From the NCBI RefSeq assembly GCF_009834535.1, contig NC_045697.1, positions 2,854,001 to 2,918,000 of the forward strand: a DNA stretch of 64,000 nt. The letters are read 5' to 3'. Below, piece by piece: positions 1-10,358 of this stretch (the stretch's first letter is position 1; each line of letters opens with the position of its first letter). A program made the position numbers and the translations under genes. Under the pieces are notes generated by a model, which was given only the letters and a program-made list of their open reading frames with translations, did no database searches and was not told where the DNA came from. Origin of the DNA: Camelus ferus. Lineage: Eukaryota.

Positions 1-520
1 ATGCTTAGTTTGTTTTCGACAAAGGTACCAAAGTGACTCAGCAGAGGAAGGATAGTCGTTCCAACGAATGGTGCTAGGACGGCTGAATATTCAACACAAA
101 GAAAGAAAAAAGAACTTGATTCACACTGGGCCCTGTTTTAAAGAATAATTCAAAGCACAGCATAATCCTACATCTAAAACCTCAGAAAATAAAGCTTCGA
201 GGAGAAAAATCTTTCTGACCTTGGCTAGCAAGGTTTCCCAGATGCAACCTTAGATGCACAGTCCACTTATAAAAATCAGTAAATTAGACTTCACCCAACA
301 TTTACAAAACTTCTGCTCTTAAGGAATGCAAAGGCAGGCCACGGGGGGGAAATACTTGCAACTCATTCCTCTGACAGAGAGCTCCGCGCCAGAACGTACG
401 AAGAATCCTCAAAACCTAAGTGGAGCACCAACAGCCCTAATGTCTGAAATGGGCGAAATGCTTAAACAGGCATCTCACCGAGGAAGGCGGACGGTATTAT
501 GCATGTTTGAACCACATGGG
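1..520 (+). mobile_element. Degenerate L1 ORF2 3' fragment
   Basis: TTTTCGACAAAGGTACCAAAG...CCAACGAATGGTGCTAGGAC...AAAACTTCTGCTCTT resembles the end of L1 ORF2. Confidence 0.6.
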
Positions 521-2425
521 AGATGAAGTCACAGTTGGGGGGACGCCACACCTCATGGATCTGGTGGGCCAGGGGAGGCTTTCGTTTTTACTTCCACTGA
601 GATGGAGCCTGGGGAGGGTTTGTAGCAGAGACATGCCGTGGTCTGCTTGAGATTTTGAAAGAAGTCCCCTGGCCATGGGAAGGGTCTGCCGGGGGCAAGG
701 GCAGCAGCAGGGAGCAGAGAGGCAGCAGTAGCGCAGGGGAGTGTCCCTGCTGGCTTGGGCGGTGGAGCTGGAGATGGGAGGAGCGGGTGCAGGATGGCTG
801 CGTCCCCAAGGCAGGGCCAGCCAGTGGGGCCGGTGGCTGGATGTGGGGTGGGACACCCGGGAGGAGGGAGCTGCCCGTAACTGAGAAGGGGGACAGTGAC
901 GGGGTGGAGGTGTCCAACAAGCAGCTGTACGTCCAAGCCTAGGGCTCAGGGAGAAGGACGGGCTGAAGGTGGAAATTTGGGGTTCACTCTCTAGATGGCA
1001 TCTAAATCCCCGAGACTGGATGAGGTTCTCAGGGGAGAGGGGAAAGGCCCAGGCAGTGAGGCCTCGGCCCTCTAACCTGCTCCCAACACGAGTCCTGGCC
1101 ACTGGTCAGCTTGGCTCATGGCCCGAGGTCATGCTTAAAAAGAGGACAAAACCTGCAGTTTCCTGAGCTTGTGTGTGAGGAGCGCCTGGGCAGTGCTGAT
1201 GTGCAGCCCAGGTGGCCTCCGAGGCTCTCCAGAAACAGAATCCTGCCAACCTTCATCCTCCTGTCCTTACCGGAAAGTCCCCTGAGGGATGCGTGCCTGT
1301 GCCTCCTCCCGCCTCTGCTCGCCTGTCCGAGGAGGACTCAGCACCCTGGCACATGGGCTCCCGGAGGCTGCCTGCGACCTCGAGGCCAGGGAATGCGCAT
1401 TCGGGCCCTTCTTGCCAGCGCCCCTCCCCCGCACCCCGCAGCTCGCCCTCAGCTGGTGGGCCACAGAGACCCCCGATCAGGAGACACTGAGGTTTCCTAT
1501 GCCCCAGGCCGGACGTGAGCACTGAGGAGCCGTCTCCACAGCTTACAGAGGGGCGGACACCCAGGACCACTCAACTCATCGACTGAATCACCCCCGGGGG
1601 TGCACTCTAGTCTGAAGGCTGGCTGAACCCCCAGACCCTCCTGGGGCCCCAGGCCGAGGTGTCCCCAACCAGCATGGTGGCCACTCTTACCTTGAAAGTC
1701 CCCCAGAGGCCTCTGCACCCCAACCCCTAGATGGAAACAAGATATGCACCTTAACCAATATCCCCTCAATGTAATAAAAAGATGGTTAGTCTCAAAGAAA
1801 TTCAGATTAACTGAGTTTGCATAATTTCATATTTTCATTTAAAAAAAAAGCAAAAGTAAACACCAATTTCAGGAGGATTTTAAGTGATTTGGTCATTCAG
1901 CTAAGATTTATCGGGCCCTGTCATTACTCCACATGTCCTCAGGGAGGGGACAGCTCTGGGGACATGGGATGAGTGCTTCCTGGGGTCTGGGGAGAGGTCA
2001 GTGAGGACAGGGGCAGTTCCTGTACAACAAAGGAGTGAACCAGCCCGGGCGGGGTCTTGCCTGGCACAGCAGAGGAGAACGGACAAGACGGAAGAGGATA
2101 CTACCACCTCGTTCCCAGCGACAGTCACCTCAACCCGTGCCAAGTGCAGCTCCACCGATTCCCAGGAAGGTGGCCAAAGGCAAAGGCACCCCTGGAGCAG
2201 AGGAACGTTAAACTGGAAAAGCTTGGTTATTAGAGAAAAGACCAAGTGCGGTATGAAGGTTCAGCCCTGGATCAAGTTCTGAGCTTCCTAGAAGCCAAGG
2301 GGAAAAGGGCTCCAGAGGTTAGATGGCACCCTTGTCCAATAGAAGCCTTCGGCTTCTTTAGGGAACACTGGCTGTGCCTTGGCTCCAGGCTATCCTTGCA
2401 CAAGGACACCGATGAACCAGAGTCC

Positions 2426-2568
2426 TCAACTGCGGTTCTTCATGTGGCCAGTCCCCATGGCACTTGTCTGGGCTGCACTGGAGTCTGTGTGCTTGGCTTC
2501 TTGGGTCTTGGAGAATGAGGCAAGCATGAGGAAGCCCCCCTGCCCTCGATGAACTGCTGGCAAGGGGG
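2426..2568 (-). CDS. HTRA3: HTRA3 short-isoform (PDZ-less) alternative terminal exon, coding part
   Basis: Acceptor CTCCCCCCAG|. In phase 1 with exon 6 it reads APLPAVH (human HTRA3-S ends APSLAVH), then CGA, and stays open to TGA at 2428-2426. Confidence 0.75.
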
Positions 2569-2994
2569 CTGGGGGGAGTCAGGGAGGCAGTTTGAAGGTG
2601 TGAGCAGTGGGGCTGAGTCAGGGCTGGGTGCCGGCCAGGAGGTGGGCATGGGAGACAAAATGTGGGAAGAAGTCACTGGGGCTGAAAAGAAAGGTGGGAA
2701 GGCGGAAACCACCAGGAAGGGTCCTGAGATCAGAAGTGTGACCCTCCTCTGGAAAACAGCTGCTGCCACCAACTTTAGGAAGGCGATTGGTATGTCCTCT
2801 GAGGGACAAGGCCATCTAGGAATGGGCAGGGGAGGCTGTCATCCCTGTGTGGCTGGGGGTGAGGGGACGGAGGACTGGAGGAGGTGACGTCCAAGGATCA
2901 AGGCCTTGGACTCCACTCCCCTGGAGTCGAGGATACCCTCCCCGGAAGTCTGCATGGCCAGAGGGCTGAAAGACGGAGGACTTAGAGATGGGCA

Positions 2995-3155
2995 GGTGGA
3001 TGGAAGGAAGGAGGGGTGGAAGGAGGGGAGGAAGGAAGGAAGGAAGGAAGGAAGGAAGGAAGGGGATGGGTCTGTGAGTGGGTGTGTGGGTGGATGGAAG
3101 GATGGGTTGGCGGGTAGATGGGAGAGTGGGTGGGAGGATGGAAGGAAGGAAGGAA
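2995..3155 (+). repeat. (GGAA)n/(GGAT)n purine-rich simple repeat between HTRA3 exon 6 and the short-isoform exon
   Basis: GGAAGGAAGGAAGGAAGG... visible directly. Confidence 0.9.
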
Positions 3156-3471
3156 GCACCGGGTTCTGACAACTAAGGAGCAGCCCAGACAAGTGGGGCC
3201 CTGGGAGCCCCGGGAGGTGGGAGGTGAGGTTGGGGATCTCCAGCCACAGGGTCAGTCTAGAGGATCAAGGGTGAAAATGGCCATGAGTTGAGGAGAAGAT
3301 CTGATGGAGGCAGAGTCTGAAGCATCCTGGCAGGTCTCAGGACTTGGGGGCGGGATCAGGAGTGACTGCGGGCACACAGCCCCGCAGGGTCTGCCCGGCC
3401 CCACTGGAGGCTGTGGGCTCAGCCCTGGGACAGCCGCCCTGCCTCTGCTGATGCCTCCGGGGAGCTCCTAC

Positions 3472-3586
3472 CTCTGCCCGGCTTGTCCTGGAACTCCGAG
3501 AGGAAGCGCGTGATGCGGTCCGAGGGGATGGCAAAGGAGATGCCGGCCGCAACCTTGAGTGTGTTGATGCCAATGACCTCGCCATC
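3472..3586 (-). CDS. HTRA3: HTRA3 coding exon 6: end of protease domain
   Basis: [41 protein letters not shown] acceptor, G|GTAGGA donor; 115 bp, phase 1. Confidence 0.96.
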
Positions 3587-5315
3587 CTGGGCGGGAGGTC
3601 AGGGGGGCGGTCACTTGGGGAAGCCAAGGGACCACTGCCCTCAACCTCAGAGCATCGTGTCCACGCCTCGGCTCCCGAAGTGACCCTGGCAGTCAGTGCC
3701 CTCCCTGAGATGCTTACTCCCAGGGCTGCCCCAAAGCATTCCTGAAAGGTGCTCTGGGGTTCACATCTGGGTCAGGGACCCCACCTTTGCTTCCAAACTG
3801 GACAATGCCCCCTCCATCACTGGGCAGCTGGGGAAGCTTGCAGTCAGCCCTTGAGAAGCAGTGCCCCTGACCGAGGACACCCCCAGGCAGCATTCTGAGG
3901 GGTCGAAGCCTAGAGGGACATGATGAGGCCTGTGGGACACCCCCATCCCCTCCTTCTAGAAGCAGGGTGGGGGTGAGTGGGAACAGGGCAGCCCCCCAGC
4001 ACCCCTACTCTCTCTGTCCCTTTGGAGCTGAGCTCCCACGCTGCCCCGTCCTGCCCCCCCATGAGGCTGCTGCAGCTTGGCCGGATCTGCCCTGGCCACC
4101 AAAGACCTCACTCCTGCGATGTAGCTCCTCCCACAGCCAGACACGCACCCCTACGCCAGCTCCCCCGTCCATCTCAAGGGTGACACCTGCACATGACACC
4201 CAGGCCAGGGCCTGGGCCGTTCACCAGGGGCCCCCTCTGGGGCCTGGGGCAGAACTCTGGACAAAGGCACACTTGGTCTGCCAGTCTCCTGAGCTCCTGT
4301 CCCCGGCTGCTCCCTGGAAGCCTGCAAGGTGGGAGGACCAGCCGAGGAGAAGATTCACGGATCAAGATTCTCTCATCGGCCCTGCCTGCCCATCCGCACC
4401 TCTTGGACAGCAGGCAGTGACCTCCTGACCTCCAGCCTGCAGTCCCCCCACAGGAGCTCCCTGAGCCCCGCTGGAAGACTGCAGCACTTGTCAGGGCGCG
4501 GGGACCGCCACCTGTGTCAGGACGCGTGGCCCACCGGCCTCCTCGCGCTGTGTCCCACCCTGCTGCTCCAGGGGCGGCGCCTGACTGGGCCCCTGCACCG
4601 TGCGCTTGTGCTCTGCCCTCTCCCCTGGAATATCCTTCTCCTCTGCGTCTCCATCCACCCGAACCCTCCAACTCTGCAGCCCAGGTCAGATGCTCTGCCT
4701 CCAGGAAGCCCTCCCTGATCCCGCGTCTGCTGTCAGGACGCCTCCCCGCACCCCCCCCCCCAGCGCTCCCACTGCTCCTCACACTGTGCCGGTGTGTCCC
4801 TGTCCTACCCGCTCCTTGGATGGGACCCCCGGCACCGCCCAGATGGCCAGGCTAAGGAGTCCCCATGAGATCTGGCTTCTGCTTTGGAGCGGGCTGGACC
4901 TTGGAGTCCCCACCCATGGCCTGGTCTATCCTTACGTGGCCGAGTGCAGGGACCAATTCCAGGGAGCCTGGACGCCAAGGCATGGCACACCCATCTCATC
5001 TCATATGAATGTGAAGGTGGGGAGGCCTGGAGGGGGTGGCTGGTCCCTGACCGGTGTCCCTGCCCTGTGTCCACGACGGGCACATGGCCCTGCCTCGGCT
5101 GTAGTTCTCGGGGCGTCCCTCCTTCCTCCTCCAGCACCAGCACCCCAGGGGCACAGGCTGCACGCGCTTGAGCTGTGTCCTCCTCCTGGGTCTCCAGCAG
5201 TTGGCTGTGGGGGTCTGAAGGCCGTGTTCGGGGTCCCCTCCATGCCTTGAGGCCGTGCCTCCCATGTGAGCAGAGCCCCAGAAAATTAGAGGCCCCCGCT
5301 CCAGGAGACACTCAC

Positions 5316-5348
5316 CAGGTTCACCAGCGGTCCCCCGGAGTTCCCGTA
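5316..5348 (-). CDS. HTRA3: HTRA3 coding exon 5: 33-bp exon carrying catalytic Ser305
   Basis: TAC GGG AAC TCC GGG GGA CCG CTG GTG AAC CTG = YGNSGGPLVNL; CAG acceptor, GTGAGT donor. Confidence 0.96.
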
Positions 5349-6096
5349 CTGCAGAGGAGGAAACCGACGTTAGTGTGTCCCAAGCCCCCACCCCGAGGTT
5401 CCTGAAGCTCTTTCTGCCAGCCTTCATCCTAACCGGCACAGGAACATGTACTTGAATTTCACCCCTGACAGCACCAATAGGCCTCATCCCTGACCCCACT
5501 TCACATATAAGAAAGCTGAGGCCACAGAGGCCAAGGGCACAGCCGTGTGAGGATTGGGGACCGGCCTGGCCCAGTGCTTGCACACAGGCCCCACAGACCC
5601 CCTCCAGCCTCACACTGGCGTCAACACCACTCACGGGCAGGGCAGCCCCGGCGGATGCAGGGTTGTGTGCTATTTCCCATCCCACTGGCTTCAAGGAGTC
5701 TCTCAAAGACTGACATTTCCAGAAGAGTGTCTGAACCACAGCAAAGCCAAAGACGCAGGCGCTGTGCATCCGGGCAAAGTGCTTTGTGAATGCAAAAGGT
5801 ACCATCCAATATAGTAATAAATAATAATAATAAAATAGTAACAATAATGTTGATTTGGGGTGTAATTTGGGCAAAGATACTTCAGGGGCCCTGGCTAAGC
5901 CTCTGCATCTCTGAAGGGCTGCCCCAGGTCAGGGCAGCAGCCTCTAACCCCAGGGCAGGCCCAGCACCCTGGGCAGCAGTCGCAGGGAGTCAGGGCTCCA
6001 CTTAATGTACAGAAGGAACTTTCTGGCCAGGGGCACTGTCGATGGCGGGGCGGGCTCTGGGGACAGGGAGCGCTCCGGGCCGCGGGGAGCACTCAC

Positions 6097-6291
6097 GTTG
6101 ATGATGGCGTCTGTCTGGATATAGTCCATGTCTGAGTCCCGGAGGCCCAGCTCCCGGCCGTCCCGCTGGGCCGTGCTGACGATGCCCGTGGTCACGGTGT
6201 TCTGCAGGGCGAAGGGGCTGCCGATGGCCACGACGAACTCACCAGGCCGCAGGTCTGCCGAGTGACCCAGCTGCAGTGCCGGGAGCTTTTT
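6097..6291 (-). CDS. HTRA3: HTRA3 coding exon 4: protease domain
   Basis: [68 protein letters not shown] / GTGAGT; 195 bp. Confidence 0.97.
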
Positions 6292-7075
6292 CTGGGGAAC
6301 AGTGGGGAGGGCACGGTGAGGGAGGCTCAGCTGTCAGCCTTTGGAGGGACCAGATCCAGGTCCCTGCCAGGACCCCGGCAGGACGGTCCCAGGAGCTGTA
6401 GGGGGTGCCAACCGAGGCAAGTCAACCACACAGACAAGGCCGGGCTGGCCTCTGGATGACCCGTGGTGGCCAAGAGCCTTGTGACTGGCTGGCTTCAATG
6501 GAGCAGAGGCTCAGCCCACCAGCGACCACAGGTCTCCCCAGGGCAGGCCTTGGAGGTCCATCACAGGGGCGACACACAGACGGTCCAGCTGGGTGCTGCC
6601 CAGTGGTTCGATGGTCACAGGTCCCCCTGAAAATTAGACAGAAGCCATGGACACCAACACCCGGACGATGCACTGCACACACACTGGTGAGCCCTGGAGC
6701 CCAGGAAGGGCTGGGAATTTCTGACGCAGCTCAGCCTGGTCTCCCAACACAGACACACAGGGGTGCTGGGGAGGGTTTGGCTCCCCTGTGGTCTGAGTGC
6801 GCCTGGGCTGGCAGCATCCCCAAGGCTCGGTCTGCAGGGCACGGGGGCTAAGAGGCAGCCCGGCTGCCCGGAGAGCCCCTGCAGGCACTGGGCTGCCCGG
6901 GACGCCGGGGCGCCTGGGTCTTGCCGACTCTGCCGGCATCTTTGGCCACAGGTGGCCGCTGGGGTGTGCCCTCTGCCCACCCTGAGTTTCCGTCACGGTG
7001 CCTGGAAGGGGAGAGACCCAGCGCAGCCAGCCCTCAGTCTAGTCCGGCTCTGCCTCTCCCCATGGGGTCCTTGGG

Positions 7076-7292
7076 CAGGGATCGCAAACTGTGGCCCTCG
7101 AGCAAGTCCAGCCCAATTCAGTGGCCTGTTCCATAATTAAACTCTTACTGGAACACAGTCCGCCGTCTGTCTCGCCTGTGGCTGCTTTCCCAGGACAGTA
7201 CGAAGTTGAGAGTTTGCAACAGAGATTACAGGGCTCGTGAAACCTAAATCGTTTGCTGTCTGGTGCTTCGCAGAGAAAGTCTGCCAACCTCC
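7076..7292. mobile_element. MER58-like hAT-Charlie MITE
   Basis: CAGGGATCGCAAACTGTGGCCC...TTACTGGAACACAG...AAACCTAAATCGTTTGCTGTCTGG...AGAAAGTCTGCCAACCTC. Confidence 0.7.
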
Positions 7293-8288
7293 CTCCTCAA
7301 GTACACGTCTCACTGCAGCCCCCTGACCTCGTCTACATGGAGGCGGTGCCCCAGACTCAGAGAGCGCAGTGCAAGGGCGCAGAAGCGGGCAGGGGCTACG
7401 CGGGCCGTAAGGTCTCCTCTCCCGTGATTGAGCAAGAGGAGACCTCCTTGCAAAAACCAGATCATCTCGAAAGCTGGCAACTTTCATTCAGAAAGAGCAG
7501 AAGCTGGGCTCAAAGTCAGTCAAGCTGGGCCCGCCAGCACAGATGGACCTGCCCCTCACCGGCCTCGTGGTGTGCGCAGGCCGCTGGTCACCACAGCTGA
7601 GCCCACGGCGGCCCCCCGAGTTGTGACCACACTGTTGGATGGCAGGAAACACGCTGGAGGGAGGCCAGGACTCGGCCGAGCGGGTCCCCAGTTAGAGTGA
7701 CCACGGGCAGTCTCTAACCCCCGAGCCTCAGTTTCCCATCTGAAATAGCAGGACACCGAAACCTCTCCCGCGAAGGGCCGCGGGGAGAATTAGGGTGCAC
7801 ACAGGTGCCGTTGGCGGCTGGCCTAGAAAGAGCCAGTGGTCATAACGGAAGGTGACTGTGGTCCCGGGTGGGTCTGCCTGCTCAGCGGGGGATCGAAGTG
7901 GAGGTGGAGGGAAGGATGGGGCATGTCTCCTAAGTGCTCCCCACCGGTTTCTGTCACCCCCCTGGGGACAGCTGCACCCACAGGGATGGGTCCAGGAGGG
8001 ACGACAGAAGTGTCCCTTTGGAGGCCCCCCGTGTGGGAGTGACTGTGGGTGGCACACTTCCTGGATGGCAGCCTGCTCTGCCCTGTACCTGGTGGCCTGG
8101 GGAAGCTCAGGGTGGTATCTGGACACCCAAGCTCTAGTCTGACTGGATGCAGGACTGGGGACATGTTGCCAGTCCCTCTGGGCCTCGGTTCCTCCAGGTG
8201 TCCAATGGGAAGAGCAGGCTGGCGCGTCTCTGGCCCCTGGGGCCCTGGGGTCTGGGGAGGCGCCCCCACCCCTCCACTGCCCACTCAC

Positions 8289-8511
8289 TTTGGGGTGGAT
8301 CTTGATGGTGGCAATGTCCGACTTCTTGTCGATGTCTTTGATGGTGGCCTCATAGGTGTCACCGTTCTGCAGCTGCACCTTGAGCTGCTCCCGGCCTGAG
8401 ACAGTGTTGCTGCTGGACACCACGTGGGCGTTGGTGATGATCAGGCCCGCCTCCGACATGATGAAGCCCGAGCCGCTGGACAGGGGCACGTTTCGGCCAA
8501 ACAGAGGGTGT
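8289..8511 (-). CDS. HTRA3: HTRA3 coding exon 3: protease domain, catalytic His191 and Asp227
   Basis: (R)[31 protein letters not shown]...[19 protein letters not shown] acceptor, AAA|GTGAGT donor; 223 bp. Confidence 0.97.
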
Positions 8512-10258
8512 CTGCAGGGAGGCAGCGCGGGCGGGCATTCAGGGCGTGGACACAGCCGTGCGCCGGCAGGAGGGGAGCAGAGCCAGCACATGGGTTTGGA
8601 GTCCACCAGGCCCACGGCTGAATCCCTGCTCTGCCACCTCCTGACTGTGACTGTGGCCAGGTCATTAAGTGTAGACCCATTTCACAGCCACAAAGAGGAG
8701 GCAATGATCTCTGACTTGCAACATGCGGAGATGAGACATGAGGTCCAGAAACATCAGACCCATGGCGACACAATAGGAGACAGACAAACCAGCTTTCTAA
8801 CCCCAAGTCCAGTCCCTGCTTACATCTGCCTGACTGTGGGCAGGTGGCTCACTCTTCTGAGCCTCAGTTACCCCATCTAGGAAATGGGCTAACAAGACCA
8901 GCTCCATGGAGTGAGGATGCACTCAACAAGCTGGGCTGCTCCTGTCATAGGGATATGCACACAGCGCCCATGGGACTGTCACACAGCAGGTCCCCAGGGA
9001 ATGTCAGTGTCCCAGACACCGGGGAGGGCAGTAAGCACACCTCCCCTCTGCTGAGTGCCCGGAAGCCCCAGATGTCAGGGGGAGCAGCACTGGTGAGACC
9101 CGGCTGGTGAGCAGCACTGGTGAGACACCAGGCTCCTAGACGCGGAGCGCTAGACATGGCGGGGTTCACAGGCCAGGGGACGCCCGGCCTCAGTGTCTGC
9201 CGCCACAAAATGGGATGAAATAGGCGATGCAGTGGGCGCGGGGGCCGAGCCGGTATTCTCTGCTGGGGGACAGCACCCAGCCCTGGCCAGAGCCCTCTGA
9301 GTAGGACCTCAGCTCCCAGAAGCGGGGAGGCGGGGTGCCAGATGCTTCTCCAGGGTGGGTCACCTCTGGGACCCCAGGGCCTGGATGCAGCAGGTAGTCA
9401 GTGGCCAGGGATGATGTGTGATGTGGGGCCCTAACCAGGACGGATGGGAAGAACAGAGACGGCGGGAGACTCGGGTGGGGGGGGAGCGTGACTCCCTGGG
9501 GAGCGCAGGAGCGCCACCTCGCCCAGCAGGACCAGCGACAGCTCATGTCACCAAGAGCGCCCTCTCATCCATGGACCAAGTCAGTTCATGCTCGTGGCTG
9601 CACTGCAGGGCAGGTAGGCGTCCAGTTTACCAGTGGGGAAACGGGCCCAGTGACACAAACCGCCTGCCTGGGTCAGGCAGGCAAAGGGCAGTGCAGAATT
9701 TGAACCAGGCAGGCTGGCCTCTCAGCCCCCCTGCAGGGTGACCACAGCATCTATCCACTTACGTCCGCAACCAACTTCCGCGCCCACCCAGCTCTGCGTG
9801 GGCCCCTGGCCTTCTAGAAAGACATTGCCCCTCCAAGCCACCCCCAAGGCCAGGGACGTGCCATTCACACTCCCAGTTGCAATTTCCTTAATGACATGTC
9901 TCTGGGTCTGGGGCTCGCAGAAAGGGCAGTGAGGGGTCAGCATTGCAGAGACGTGGGCTCAGCTATGAGGTCCAAGAGACCCGGGGTCAAACCTCAACTC
10001 AGCACTCAGCAGCTCCGAGCCTGGGGAGATTCCCAGGGGCCTCTGCTTCCACATTCAGAAAGTGGGAACATGTGAGCCTGCCTTCTGGACTACAGGAGGG
10101 GCGTCCTCCCCAAGGGCAACGGCTGCCTGCTGGTCTGAGAGAGGTCCACCAGACCCCAAGCCCACTCTGCCTTCTACACCCCGATGCTAGAATCCAGTCT
10201 AGTCTGGGCCAGGTGGATGGAGGGGAAGCCTTGGAGGGGCGAGGGGGGCTCTACCCAC

Positions 10259-10358
10259 CTCAGGAAGAGTTCTATGTGGACCACGGCCGGAGCGATCTTC
10301 TCCACCACATCAGCAATGAAGTTGAACTTGTACCGTGGGCTGGTCAGCTGGTGGAGAC
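10259..10358 (-). CDS. HTRA3: HTRA3 coding exon 2
   Basis: CAG acceptor; (G)[32 protein letters not shown](R); donor AG|GTGGG; 100 bp, phase 1 to 2. Confidence 0.97.

Noticed and set aside
1773..1778. AATAAA as the HTRA3-S polyA signal
   Set aside because: It is on the + strand, opposite to HTRA3 transcription.
1..3471. HTRA3 long-isoform PDZ exons 7-9
   Set aside because: No PDZ-like coding sequence seen; they are expected beyond the left edge of the window, so their absence is not evidence of loss.
9082..9126. Duplicated GAGCAGCACTGGTGAGAC (27-bp spacing), and 9-bp GGTCCCTGA repeats at about 25592-25640
   Set aside because: Ordinary slippage duplications with no supporting context.
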